From NCBI GenBank assembly GCA_043228905.1, contig JBHGNT010000018.1:7564001-7628000 (forward strand): DNA of 64,000 bases, read 5' to 3'. How positions within the stretch are numbered: position 1 is the first letter of the stretch; every line of letters starts with the position of its first letter. The notes under the pieces are model-generated. The model ran no database searches and had not been told where the DNA came from. It saw nothing but the letters and a program-made list of their open reading frames with translations. The stretch is from Azolla caroliniana. Lineage: Eukaryota > Plantae > Polypodiophyta. Shown here piece after piece: positions 1 through 12,600 of this stretch. A program made the translations under genes and the position numbers.

Positions 1-1290
1 GAGGGACATATTAGCGGTTAAAGATCTCTGGTTGTAAAGAGCAGACAAGATCGATGCCACGACCTGGAAGGTAATGCATTTGAAGATGACAGCATACATT
101 CGCTACTTCATCAACATGAGCTTGTATGACAACTTCCATGACGAGAACAAGGCTCATGAACTCTAGGAGAAGATCGACACTATGCTGGAGAACAAGAATG
201 TTGAGAATCGAGTCTCTGTATTTTGAAAAATAGTGAGACTCAGATATCAGGACGAATCCAGTATGGCGGAGCATATGAACGCTTTCCAGGGGCTAATAAA
301 CCAGACTACCTTGCTTGAAGTACCGTTAGCTAACGAGGTATTGACATTGTTACTCCTTAGATCCCTTTCGGATAGCTGCAAAACGCTGGTCGTCACATTG
401 GGCAATGACGGACCGAAAGGAAAGAACTTATCCCTAGCAAGAGTAAAATAAAGCTTGCTAAATGAAGAAGCTCACTGGAAGGACCGAGATTTCGGAACCA
501 ACCTGAAAGCCTTAGTTACGGAAAATGACTCAAATCGGGGAAGAGGCCGGGATAGAAGCTCTCTGAATCGGGACAAGTCGGGGACGAGGCCGAAGTCGAA
601 GGGGAAGCCTACCTGTTTCTACTGTGGGAAACCAGGGCATTTCCAAAAGAATTGTTGACACTTCTAGAAAGCAAAAGGGGGAGCCGACGACTTCGAACCG
701 AAGAAGATTTGGGAGAGGAAAGGAACGTCTGCAATTGTGACAAGCAAAGAGGAACTACTGGTAATCACTGAGGAGAGTGAGCTACATCCGGTCAACGATG
801 AATCAACATGGGTAGTCGTCTATGGAGCGTCATTCCATCTGACTCCCGACTGGAAGTGCTTCTCATCTTATAGAGCTAGAGATCACGGTTGTGTAAGGTT
901 GGGGAATGAAGGCGCACGCCGAATTGTCAGCATAGGAGATGTGTGGTTGACTAAGTCAACCGGGTGCAAGCTACTATTGAAAGATGTTTGACACATTCCA
1001 GAGGTTCGACTGAACTTAATTTCAGTTGGTCAGCTAGACGATGAAGGCTACATGGGTAGCATCCGGAACGACACCATGAAGTTTTGCAGAGGAAGCCTGA
1101 ACGTGGCCCGAGCCCAGAAGATCAACACACTATACCTGATGCATGTTGGATATGTCGGAAGGAAGTGAACATAGTATCCGATACTGCTGGTGAGCTGTGG
1201 CACAAAAGGTTGTGTCACATGAGCCAGAATGGGATGCAGAGACTTGGCAAAGACAAACTCATTCCGGTCGAGATCACCCATGAGACGGAA
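1..1290 (+). mobile_element. Degenerate Ty1/copia gag-pol fragment (gag, CCHC knuckle, protease, GAG-pre-integrase), truncated at both ends
   Basis: Interrupted ORFs contain CFYCGKPGHFQKNC (zinc knuckle), WVVVYGASFH (decayed D-S-G protease motif) and LWHKRLCHMS (GAG-pre-integrase). Multiple stops. Confidence 0.9.
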
Positions 1291-2296
1291 GGCACTACTT
1301 GATCGGCCACCGGCCCTTCTTGTAGAAGTCCATTGACATTAGGTTGATTTCTTATCCATGGTCGATCAACGTCACTACCAGCTCCTTCACATCCCCGATA
1401 CGAACCGGGGTCTCCATCGTCGCCCTTGCCCAGTGCGGCTTCAAGACTATCCGGAGCCTCCTCCTCCATCGCCGTCTCTCCGACGTGGGCTTCTTTTACC
1501 TCCACTGGCTTCTCCTGCTCTGCCTCTGACGAAAGCTGCTTCCTTTTCACTAGGTCCACAATGGAATCGTGGAATTTTTTCTTTGCGATTCCCAGCACCG
1601 CTTGTCATGAGAGCTCCACCTTGCTATCGAGGATCCGCTCTTCCAGGATCTTCTGCAATCCGTTGTCCTCTCTATCTTCGAGCTCAGTCAGAAGCTCGGA
1701 ATCTTTGCCTTCCCCTATGGGCTAACTGGGCCTCCGTCATTCTTTTTCGGCCCACTCCAGGTCTCATACTGGTTCGAGGGACCAGCCTCTTCGGCTCGTT
1801 TGTCCTCGACCAAAACCTCATAATCTGGCATGCGGCTTCTACGAAGCCGGTTTTCTATTCAACTGGATTGTTCCATCCGGTGCCTTCCTGGACCTGCCTC
1901 TCCGCGCGGTCCACCTCTACCTTCTATAGCCTCAACCCCGACATGCCTTCTACAATTATCCTCTTCATGCTTTCTAGTTCCGGGCAACGGTTTCTTCCAT
2001 TATCCTCTTCATGTTGCCTCGTCTGGTATTCACCTCGAGGGGCCTTCATGTGTCGCACGTGTGTACCCGCCCGTTCCTGAGATACACAATATTGTTCTTG
2101 AGTGTTTTGGTGAAATTGGTGCACTCTCTCTGGATGTGGCCGATGGCATCGCACCACATACATCATTGGTCGATCGGAGGCCTCCGGTCACACGATTGTC
2201 CCTCTCCATTTCTCCAAGCTTGCGCGATCTAGATATTGCACACCATCTTCGTTAGGTCCTTCAGAGTTGCGACCCCAGATGGGCCCTTGACCACGT

Positions 2297-2770
2297 CAGT
2301 CGGAACCATACCTGATTCGTGACGGGAACTGGTCGTTCCTTATGCGCAACGCTCGGCCACAACCGAGCTTAGAATGATACACAGAAAACAGGAAATAAGA
2401 CGCGACACAAAGAAGAAGAAAATACACAGGAGGTTTACGTGGAAAACTCCAAACTAGGGGAAAAACCACGGCAGCCCATAGGCTGCAAACTGTCACTATG
2501 TAAGAATGTACAAAACAGTGAGTTCACGGAGGCAACGACCTCGGACTCACGATCTTCGCCACAGGCGGCGGTTACAACAGAGGCAGCGACCTCTTTCTCT
2601 CTCTCTCTCTGTACAACGTTACATACTCTCTCTTCTTCTTGCACCAACAAGGAAAAATGACAACTACAACTCTCATAGTTTGCCCTAAGTCATATTTATA
2701 CTAATATGACTTTTCGGCTATTTACAAATATAGCCTCGATGGACTATCAGAAGAACATATTTACGAATAT
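2297..2770 (-). mobile_element. Probable solo or truncated copia-like LTR inserted in the gypsy gag
   Basis: Non-coding block interrupting the gag frame, with an LTR-like TTTACGTGGAAAAC...GGAAAAAACCACG motif, a CT tract and a minus-strand TATAAAT (~2694-2700). Ends not resolved. Confidence 0.5.
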
Positions 2771-2777
2771 GTCTCTT

Positions 2778-2985
2778 CATTCGGTTCTCCGTTGTCGGGT
2801 ACTCCTCATCTGGTCTTCACCGGGTCTGCATCATCCGGCTCTCCGTAGCCGGGTACTCCTCATCTGGTTCATACCGGGTCTGCACCATCCGGCTCTCCGT
2901 AGCCGGGTACTCCTCATCCGGTTCATACCGGGTCTGCACCATCCGGCTCTCCGTAGCCGGGTACTTCTCATCCGGTTCATACCTC
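2778..2985. repeat. 54-bp tandem repeat, ~3.8 copies, inside the gypsy gag
   Basis: Unit CATCCGGCTCTCCGTAGCCGGGTACTCCTCATCYGGTTCATACCGGGTCTGCAC; the 18-aa periodicity is visible in the ORF track. Confidence 0.9.
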
Positions 2986-3571
2986 GGCCTATCGGCCTCG
3001 GCCGAGCTCGTTCATCAGCACCGTTCTTCTCCCTTCCCATCCGGAGGGACCTGTCTCCCAACAATTTGAGCCACCTTCGTGTCTCTTCCGTTCATGATGG
3101 AATCGTTTCCTCTGGCTTCTTCTCGGCACCCAGGCCGATTGTTGACAACCCCACATCGTTCCATTCGCACCATTTGTCGAAACGGCTACAAACCCTTTTT
3201 ACCACGGCCCAATCTTTCGTGAACCCTTCATTCGTCTCCAACAAGAGACCCACCTTTTCTCAATCAAGTGGATCAACCGACTTGATAAACAATAGGACCT
3301 TGCTTGTGTCGAGCACGGTTCGGTCCAGCGCCGAGAGCCGCGCGAATCGTCTTTCAAACTCCTGGAGGAGCGTCGATGTGTTCCTACCCTTTCCAGGGCT
3401 CTCGACCCACTCCGATAGCTCCCTCTTCAATAACCGGAGTGTCAAAGTAAACGCGCGGAATCGTTTGAAAAACCGGCTCAGCCGGTTAGCAACAGTATTA
3501 AAAGAGAAGAAGGTTTAATGGAAGCTTAACACAAAGAATAAGCATACACAAGAGAGACAGAGAGAGAGCGA

Positions 3572-5912
3572 TGTTATTGGGGTGGGGGGCGAAGCCTAGA
3601 ATGGCTTCACCCCCCCTCCCAAGGGGGTTATGATAGGGAGAGAGCTAGAGAGAGACCCAAATAGGAAATGACACCAAAATGAGAGGGGAAAAAACTATCT
3701 CTCATTACATGCCCCATAAGGGGTTTATATAATGCATAATGTAATGGTAAATAATATGTCTGTTACAAAAAGAGACCGTTACATTCTTGTCACATGCACA
3801 TAATTGTGCATGTGCTCACACATACTCATCCTCACAATCATATACATTACACATACCGAACAACCCCTTTAACGTGTTTTACCCTTATACCGCCCCGTAC
3901 AACTCCTACGGGTAACACATGGCACACCTGTGGGACAGTGCATCGCACGGTGAACCCACTCGCCATGGCAACTATTAACGACCGGAACTCCATCGGTCGT
4001 CTCAACAGTCGGAAATCCATCGATCGGATCATAGCTCTACGATCGATAACTTTGATCGGAACATTGCTTGACTTGAACCTTCTCATTCGGTCAGCATGTC
4101 GCTCAATTGGATCACACACCAATTGGCTCCTCCATTGTGGCATGGGGCTTTCATGATTCTGTTACATGTATGCGTATTTTTCGGTTTCGTCATGTGAATT
4201 GAGCTTTGTATTTTGTACCCTTGGTCTCTAAAATTTTTGGCCCTTATGTTTTCAAAATTTTGCATTCTGCCCTTCAATTTTTGAAATCTCAAGTCATGCC
4301 CTTGAGCTTTTGAAATTTTCTCTTCATACCCCTCTTCTCTTTCTTCGTTTCCTTTTGTCTCCTCTTTTTCTTCTTGTGCGTTCTTCTCTTCTTGTGCTTC
4401 TTCTTCCTCCTCTTCTTTTCTTCTTGTTTGTCTTCTCTTGGCCTCCTCTCTCCTTCTATCCGGTGGCCGTCTCCACTCGCCAGCTCTATCCACTGGCTGT
4501 TTGGCTCTCTTGGCCAGCCAGCCGGCTCTCTCCGCCGACTGTCGCGGTCCATAGGTTGTCTTTGTCTGTCGGTCGTGTCTGTCTGAAGGCCACCGAACCG
4601 TCGCTTGGTCGTTTCTGAACTGTCTCGTGGAAATCATTCGACTGCGTCTCGGCCACATCTTGGTTTCTCGGCCATGTCTTGGTCGTGCTCCTCGGCAACG
4701 TGTCTTAGCCGTACTCTCGGTCACTTGTCTCGCTCGCGCGTCTTAGCCATATCCTTGGCCGCGCACCTTGTCCACAAATCTCGGTTGTGCTGTCAGTCGC
4801 GCGTCTTGGCCGTACTCTCGGCCATATTCTTGGCCTCGCGTCTCGACTATGCTTTTCGCCGTGCGTCTCGACCATCATTTTTTGGCCATCACTTGGCAGT
4901 ACTCTCGGCCATGAGTCTCGACTGCGCTTCTCGGCCGTACTCCCGTCCGCGCTTCTCGGTCGTGCTCTCGACCACGTGTCTCGACCGCAAGTCTCGGGCA
5001 CGCGTCTCAATCGTCTTCTCAGCCGCGCGTCTCAGCCATACTCTCGACGGCGTGTCTCCGCCATGTTCTCTTTTCAACCTCAACCAATTTTGCATCATCT
5101 ATTCTTTTGGCCTCGGCTTCAGAGGCCATCTGTGTCTTTTTGGCTATTTGCCAGACTTCGGCCATCTCTCAGCCAGCTTGGCAGCTGTGATTCGGCGGCC
5201 ATGTCTGTTGGGGCTGTCGTAGTCTGGCTATTAAAATGTCAGACATGTTGTTTTCTCCTGTCTTGAGGCCTTCTACTTGACCGAAAGAGGGATGGCAGCA
5301 CGGCACCAGCAACAAAGAGAGAAGAGGGCTGAAGATACACACACATGTAGATGCAGACACACAGAAAGGGAGAGTGAGAGATAGACTTCCTCTCAAGGGA
5401 ATAACGTGGAGATCTCCATCACAAGCTGGCTCTCACACTGAAAGTCCATGCACAAAGCACACTCTCTATGACAGAGACATAGAGACAAGCAGAGAGAGAG
5501 AGAGGGATAGAGACATATTAGTGATGGAGAGGGAGAGTGAGAGAGACTTCTTCTCAAGGGGGTCATCCTTTCGGGCATGCCAAAAGTGTTATTGGGGTGG
5601 GGGGTGAAGCCATTCCAAGGGGGTTACGATAAGGAGAGAGCTAGAGAGAGAGACAAATAGGAAATGACACCAAAATGAGAGGGGAAAAAACTATCCCTCA
5701 TTACATGCCCCATAAGGGATTTATATAATACATAATGTAACAGTAAATAATATGTCTGTTACAAAAGGAGACCGTTACATTCTTGTCACATGCACATTGT
5801 GCATGTGCTCACACATACTCATCCTCACACTCATATACACATTACACATACCGAACAACCCCTTTAACGTGTTTTACCCTTATACCGCCCCGTACAACTC
5901 CTACAAGTAACA
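3572..5912 (-). mobile_element. Non-coding non-autonomous LTR element (TRIM/LARD-like), TSD AGCGA, tRNA-Arg-type PBS
   Basis: LTRs 3572-3917 and 5587-5912 (TGTT...AACA). TSD AGCGA at 3567-3571 and 5913-5917. LTR TATATAAA lies on the minus strand. Minus-strand PBS TGGCATGCCCG at ~5572-5582. No recognisable retroelement protein inside. Confidence 0.9.
4640..5060. repeat. Degenerate GC-rich short tandem repeats (CTCGGCCR / CTCGACCG / CGCGTCTC units)
   Basis: Many imperfect copies of tctcggccgtac- and gcgtctcgac-like units in the internal region of the 3572-5912 element. Confidence 0.75.
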
Positions 5913-8900
5913 AGCGAGAGAGCAGAACATAAAAACTCTATTCAAAATAATACTCTCAATATTTTGTACATAGAATGTGCTCAGAGATCACTTTTATAGA
6001 AGTCCATAAAGGACTGACAGAAGTACTAACAGGTACTTCAATGTTCACATGAGTGACTATCATTGACTCCCAAAAATATGCCTACGTACTAGGTTGGATC
6101 CGTAGGCCTCTAACGGCCTACTAGTTTCAATCTGATCCGGGTCTCCGATCCGGTTCCTGGTTCTGATCCGGGTCTCCTTCTTGACTTTGCTGCCACTGCC
6201 TCTTGCTCCGACTTTTTCAGAAATGCCGACTCCTTCGGTTGGTTCGGCTTCCTTTTTCTTCTTATCTCGCCCTTTGGTTCTTTCTTCCTCTCCGGCTCCT
6301 TGTTCGGTGTTATTCATTCCCGTTCCTGTTCTTCCCCTCAAGTGTGGCACATCGAGATGTTGAATGTCAAGCATCTCCGAAAAATGTTGCAACTTGTCCG
6401 ATCTGAGCGGGTTGGTGAAGATGTCGGCAACTTGCCAATCTGTGTGAACATACCGAAGTTCAACTTCACCGCCCAGGACCTGCTCGCGAACAAAATGATA
6501 ATGCACTTCTATGTGCTTTGTTCGAGCATGGAATACAGGGTTCTTGGCGGGTTGTATGCTGCTTACGTTGTCACAATAAATCAGGATCGGGGTTGGCACC
6601 TCGATCCGGAGGTCTCGCAGCAGTCGCCGAAGCCAGATGGCTTCACAAGTGGCAATGGTAGCGCCCCAGTATTCGGCCTCAGTGCTCCACAGAGCCATTG
6701 TTGGCTGCTTTTTGTTGTTCCACGCAACAACCACGCTACCAAGAGAAAACATGTAACCGGAGGTGAATCGGCGATCCGATGCATCACCAGCCCAGTCGGC
6801 ATCGGTATATCTGACTAGCTTCCCAGCTATACCGTGTCGGTATAACAGTCCCCGGTCCTTCATGCCGCTAACGTACTGGAGTATCCTGTGTGCGCACTGA
6901 AGGTGCTCGACGGTGGACTTCTGCATGAACTGGTTGATCACTTCGATCGGGTAATTGATGTCGGGTCGAGTGATTGTCAAGTATATGAGGCTTCCGACAA
7001 TTTTTTGGAACCGTTTCTAATCGCAAGTTGGTCCGGAGTCAGGACGTAGCTCCAGGTTCCGGTTCAGGGGTGTGGAGATCGGTCGGCATTTACTCATGTT
7101 GAACTTGTACAGCAGATTCAACACATAATGGCGTTGTGAGAGCAATATGTCATTGGGGGTTCGGATCACCTCAATCCCAAGAAAATAATGAAGGTCCCCC
7201 AGGTCCTTCATTTCAAATGTGTTCGATAGCTGGAACTTCACTCTACCGATGTCCTCCTGTCTGGGTCTGGCGATGACTAAATCATCAACATATAGTAGGA
7301 TATAGACCGAACCATCTGGACCTTGCCGGATGAACAGTGACGAGTCGGACTTTGAGGCCGCAAACCCCATCTTACACAACCGGTGCGTCATCTTCGTATT
7401 CCAAGCTCGGGCGGCTTGCTTCAGACCGTAAAGCGACTTCTTGAGTCGGCACATTGCCGACTTGTTCATCTCTTATTAGAAACCAGGGGTTGGATCATAT
7501 AGACTCGTTCTTCAAGGTCAGCTTGAAGATATGCGTTCTTCATGTCCATTTGGTGAAGATGCCATCGCCTTGCTGCAACAACCTCCAGTACCACACAAAT
7601 AGTTGTCATCTTCACTACCGGAGCGAAGGTCTCGTTGTAGTCGATTCTATGGGTCTGTGTGTATCCCTTCGCCACTAACCGGGCCTTGTACTGGTTCACC
7701 GAACCGTCAACGTTGTACTTTACCTTGTACACCCACTTGCAACCAATCGGTTTGCACTGTCGGGGTGGGTCAACCATGTCCCATGTGTCATTGGCATCGA
7801 GTGCCCACATTTCTTCTTCCATAGCGGCATGCCAATTTACGTCATTTTCCGCTTCTGCATAGCTCTCCGGCTCACGCACTTCCGCCAACTTAGTCATGTA
7901 TAGTGATGCACCATGTACTCATTGTATCTGTAGCTCTGGACGGGGTTCTTCTAGCGGATTGAGCAGCGTAACTTTCCGTTAGCCAGTTTGAACCATCACG
8001 TCTTCGTCCACCGTCACGTTGATGGACCCGAGCGCGTCACAAATCTCCTTTATCTTGGTGGTGTAGTTGGTCATGGACATATCCCTCTGTTGGATATTGT
8101 TGAGCTCTTGTCAGAGCTGCAACTTCCATGTCATGGTATTAGCGGCGAAAATCTTCCGGAGATTTTCCCAGGCCTCCTTTGGCGTTTTTGCATCTTTGAT
8201 GTAGTTAAGCATCTGATCGTGCACACCAGACGCGAGGCAGTACAATACTCCGCTCGCCCCTTGCTCCCATACTAGAAAGTCTTTGTGTGCCGGCTCCGGT
8301 GCTACCTCGTTGGTTCCTTCCACATAGCTCCAATATCCATGCCACATCAGGTACTGGTGCATTTTATATGACTAGGACACGTAGTTTCTCCGGTCGAGCT
8401 TCTTTGTGGGAAGTGAACTCGCCATACCTCTATCCATATCTTTCTCTGTCTGTCCTTACCGGGTATTAGGGTTTGTCTTCGAAAGCGTCTTTCGGCTGTA
8501 GAGGTTCTCAACCCTCGCGCTCTGATACCATGTCAAAGTAAACGTGCGGAAGCGTTTGACAAACCGGCTCAGCCGGATAACAACAGTAAAGAGAAGAAGC
8601 TTTAATGGAAGCTTAACACAGAGAATAAGCATACATAGGAGAGACAGAGAGAGAGCGAGAGAGCAGAAAATAAAAACTCTATCCAAAATAATACTCTCAA
8701 TATTCTGTACATAGAATGTGCTAAGAGATCACTTTTATACAAGTCCATAAAGGACTGACAGGTACTTCAATGCTCACATGAGCGACTATCACTGACTCCC
8801 AAAAATACGATTATGTACTAGGCTGGATCCGTAGGCCTCTAACGACCTACCGGTTTCAATCCTATCTGGCTCCTTGTTCCGGATATCATCCGGTCACCGA

Positions 8901-9679
8901 TTTGGCTCTCCGATCTAGATGTTGATCCGGCTCAGGCTTATTCAGCCGATCCGGAGCTGGTTGAGCTTTGCTCACTCAACACGGAGCAAGTCATCGAAAC
9001 CGTATCTTTCGAGGAGCAACTCCTCAAACTCCGGTTGTCGACCTGCATCTCGAGCACCTCTGTGTGGGTGCTCGGTATAACTACCTGTGGAAACGCGGAC
9101 AACTGTCTATCGTCCGGAACATCTCTCATCAGCATCTCTTCTTTAAGGCCTCTAGGTAGTTCATGACGTCCTTTCCGTTGAATCGGCCTGTTGTGCCGAT
9201 TACCGTTTCCACGGCCATGTCGACATCCCTAGTGCTCTCACGAGTGTTAGCCAAGTGGTCAGCAGCCACCACCATCGCTTCAACGAGCTTGCCGACTTCT
9301 TCGCTCCCCCCTCTTTCTCCCCTTGATCTCTGTTACACTTACGTGTTCCTCGAGTAGCTTTGATGTGAACCTTTTTCCTATACATGGGCACTTTTTACTC
9401 TAGACTTGTTGGCTAGAGGTTTTTTCCCCATGTTACCACATACATGACTCACTCATATGTGGTGGTACTTAGTACTTAAGGATATATGTTTCAACTCTTA
9501 TTAGTTTTGGTATTATTCATCAATAGAGAGAGATATTCCAGCCAATGTCTTCTTTGTGTGAGTGCTTGTAGTCTGAGCTTCTTGTGTGTGCTTCTTGTGT
9601 GTCTCTCACTCTTCCACACACACCCAACACTCTCTGCACAGTTAACCTATCTATAGATCTCGACCCTCTCATCGCCATG

Positions 9680-12600
9680 GCCATCAACAATGGCTCATTG
9701 ATCACGGCCTAGTAGGTTCCATCAGAGTCGCCAAAGCAAAACCCCACCCAATGCCCACGACATCGGCGCAAAGGTTAATGTTGACACCATCACCAATGCC
9801 ATGATCAAGAAAAAGTTGGGCCTGAGTCCACTTAGTGATCGATGCTTCGATATTCCTCCAACTGTAGTGTTGGAAAAGTATTTTGGGGAGTAATCTGCCT
9901 CCACCAAGGCGTATAAAATGCAGAAGGCCCCAGACATATTTTTCTAAGATGTCACCAAGATTCTGTTAGACATCGCCTTCATGCATCCCAAATCTTATGA
10001 GATGCAGGAAGCACAGAGCAGGAGTGATAATAGTGACATATGAAGACGCTCTAAGCAATTGGGGTTTCATCACAAGTGTGGCCTTGCGCACCGGACTTCT
10101 TGCGATGCAAGTTAGGAAGAAATTGCTCCCAATCATTGCACAATACTTGACAATATTGTTTCCACCGGCAGCAGAACTCCCAGCTCCAACAACGACCGGC
10201 CCAACACCATCTCAACCACCAGCCTCCGTCCGGAAGATGCGGCTTGGCGATCTCTGGACAATAGAGTGGCAAGACGAGGATAGCAAATGGCTACAACAAG
10301 CCGCGCCCTCGGGCCTGCCAAAATCGACAGTTGACACCACCACCACGGGTGAACAGACGGAATCAGCAAAGTCAGACATCCAACCACGTGACCAACAACA
10401 AGAGAAGGCTCCCCGAAGACCAACGCCGCCGATTGGATTGGAAAAACGGCCAAGGATTGGTAAAAGACACAGTGACTAAGCCCGCCAAGGAGGCACCGGT
10501 TGCAGTCGAGGCAACAACAATTGTTGTTCTGGATTTGGCAGAAGGAACGACTCTCACCAGGAAGCTTGCACGGGGCCAAGGGTCCGTAATCCGAGAGAGC
10601 GAGGTCCACACTTATCAAGAAATTCTGGCGATCACACAGGAGTTCGCCGACATTCTCCAGTTTGGCACGACGTTCAAACTCGTGGAATTCCTCGCCACAC
10701 AATATGTCACGGCAGCCCAACGCATGGCCGAAGAACACGTAGAAGAACTGATGATCTGGCGTGCTGTAGCTGGATTAATAGAGTCAGAAGAGGAAGAGGC
10801 CTTAAGCAAGATTGGCTGTAAGCAGCACATTGTCGTGATGTTGCGTGTCCAATGGGAGAAATTATGAAATAGTGTGGTTCCACATAAATTACACAAAAGA
10901 TTATAAATATGAAAATTAGCCTAAGGTCTAGTGCCATTCAAGTGCATATAGAGGGGTGCAAGCAAGAATTGAACCTTGCACCACCAATTTATCTTATCAC
11001 TAAGGCCACTACCAAGTACTTTAAATATTATATATTTCTTTTCATAATCAAAAGGCATAGGAACAACCATACAAACACGTGGGCACAAAACCATGGTTCC
11101 AAGCCCATGGTTTTGTGCATGCCACAAGAAAAACCGTGTGCCCAAAAACCATGCGTCCAAGCCCATGGTTTTGTGCATGTTAGAAGCATGGATAGACCTA
11201 AAAATACCCTTGTAAGGCTTGTGTACGGGGGGGCTCAATATGTGATATCATCATCATCACCATCAATATAATATTCTTCTTGTTTATCTTCTTCTCGGGT
11301 GTACAAATTTCCAATCTTCTCAAATGTAACATTGTTTCCTCAAATCTTACATTCACATCATCCTCTTCTCAATAACTTGACGGACATCCTCCCTAGTCCG
11401 AGACCCCAATGGTCCCATTTAAGCGAAGCACGCACACATGCGCATCTTCGCGACATCACTTGGTGAACTCGATGCGAAGAGCAAGCAGGGGAGGATGAAG
11501 ATGGATGAGGAATATCTCATGGAGGCAATGTCAAAGATGATGATGGAATTTTCGAGAGAAGAGAAAAGACAAGATGCGGCCCAACAAGTCGTCAAAAGTG
11601 AGGTCGCACGAGTCGGTTGTTTCGACAAGGGCAAAGTCCAAATTTTTCTAGAAACGTACGATGCCGAGATGGATTCGAGAGGTGTGAACGAAGCTATGAC
11701 ACTGGAGTACTTTTGTCGGGTGGTGGTTGAACCGATCTACAAAGAGGTAAAAGAGCCTCGAGAAGCTCATGATTCGTGGCTGATTTTAAAGGAGGCTCTA
11801 TTGGAGGCATATGGCTACGAGAGACCATAGGGACGAGGTCAGCGTGAGTTCCAACAGTGGGTTGCATCAATAAAGACCCACTAAGGCGCGACACAAACAT
11901 TCCTAGACTTCGAGCGTCGTTTTTCTCAACTCTCGAAGCAGGAACAAAGAATGGTGGGGGTAGATAAGGTCTTGTTGTTCGTGAAGTTAATCGATCGAAG
12001 GGAAATGATGGCCATCGAACTCAAACTCGAAGAAGATTACGGTGCAAATGGCCTCACCGACGATTGGACCAAAGTGGAAGGAATATGCCGACTACACGAT
12101 AAGAGGAAGATGAGATTCTCATCGGCAACAACACAACCCACGAGGGATGGTGAAAGGAGGACAAGATGCGACTACACACTACCACCGAAGGAAGAAAGCC
12201 CGAAGAGGGAAGGTTCAACAATACTCGACATAGAATTCTTTATGAGAGAGGCATTCGAGAACTTAAAGCGCATGTTGAGGTTGAAGAGAAGCTTCAAAAG
12301 GAGTGAAACGGAGGCAGATGGTGATCGAGGAAGAAGAGACCTCCCAACATATGCGGAGTAATGATATGGCCAATACAAAGGCCCAGGTTCGGTACAACAG
12401 TACCACGGGAGAAGGTGTGGAACAAGACACCTTCTCGACTTACGGAGGAATGACAGTCAAGAGAAAGGTCGAAGACTCGAGAACGGGAAATGCCGCTTTT
12501 AGAGTGGACGAGCATTTTTGAACACACGTTGTGTCCGAAATATCGAGAGATGAAGGTGCAAGCATGAGCAAAGCTTGTGTGATCGAGGGAGATAAAGAGT

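Larger units (their letters stand above)
3440..8981 (-). mobile_element. Ty1/copia LTR retrotransposon, internally deleted (protease/integrase missing), TSD CGGAG
   Basis: 5' LTR 8531-8981; 3' LTR begins at 3440 and is interrupted at 3572-5917. PBS TGGTATCAGAGC (tRNA-iMet) at 8519-8530 on the minus strand. TSD CGGAG at 3435-3439 and 8982-8986. Gag ~8430-8000, RT (YVDDL) 7897-7017, RNase H (YTDADW, YCDN, KHIEVHYH) 6980-6340. Confidence 0.93.
1295..9270 (-). mobile_element. Decayed Ty3/gypsy-type gag-protease element, split by later insertions (pieces at ~9270-8982, 3439-2775, 2296-1295)
   Basis: The minus strand reads FNGKDVMNYL...MLMRDVPDDRQLSAF (~9180-9080). It resumes at 3439 with LLKRELSEWVESPGK...EFERRFARLS...KVLLFIKSVD. 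It also shows the knuckle CMWCDAIGHIQREC (~2120-2165) and protease LIDHG*EINLMS (~1335-1370). The gag is homologous to the ORF at 61000. Confidence 0.75.

Noticed and set aside
2778-2985. CRISPR-like appearance of regular repeats (also 47060-47610)
   Set aside because: Units are contiguous tandem copies without unique spacers, the context is eukaryotic, and there are no cas genes.
1358-3518. Plus-strand ORFs of 240 and 270 aa as host genes
   Set aside because: They are antisense shadows of the minus-strand gypsy gag/protease and the 54-bp repeat.
4083-5266. Long overlapping ORFs inside the 3572-5912 element
   Set aside because: They arise from GC-rich and CTT/GAA low-complexity repeats open in several frames, with no domain motifs.
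9331-9680. Possible LTR starting TGTTACAC
   Set aside because: No partner LTR, PBS or TSD found in the window; boundaries cannot be supported.
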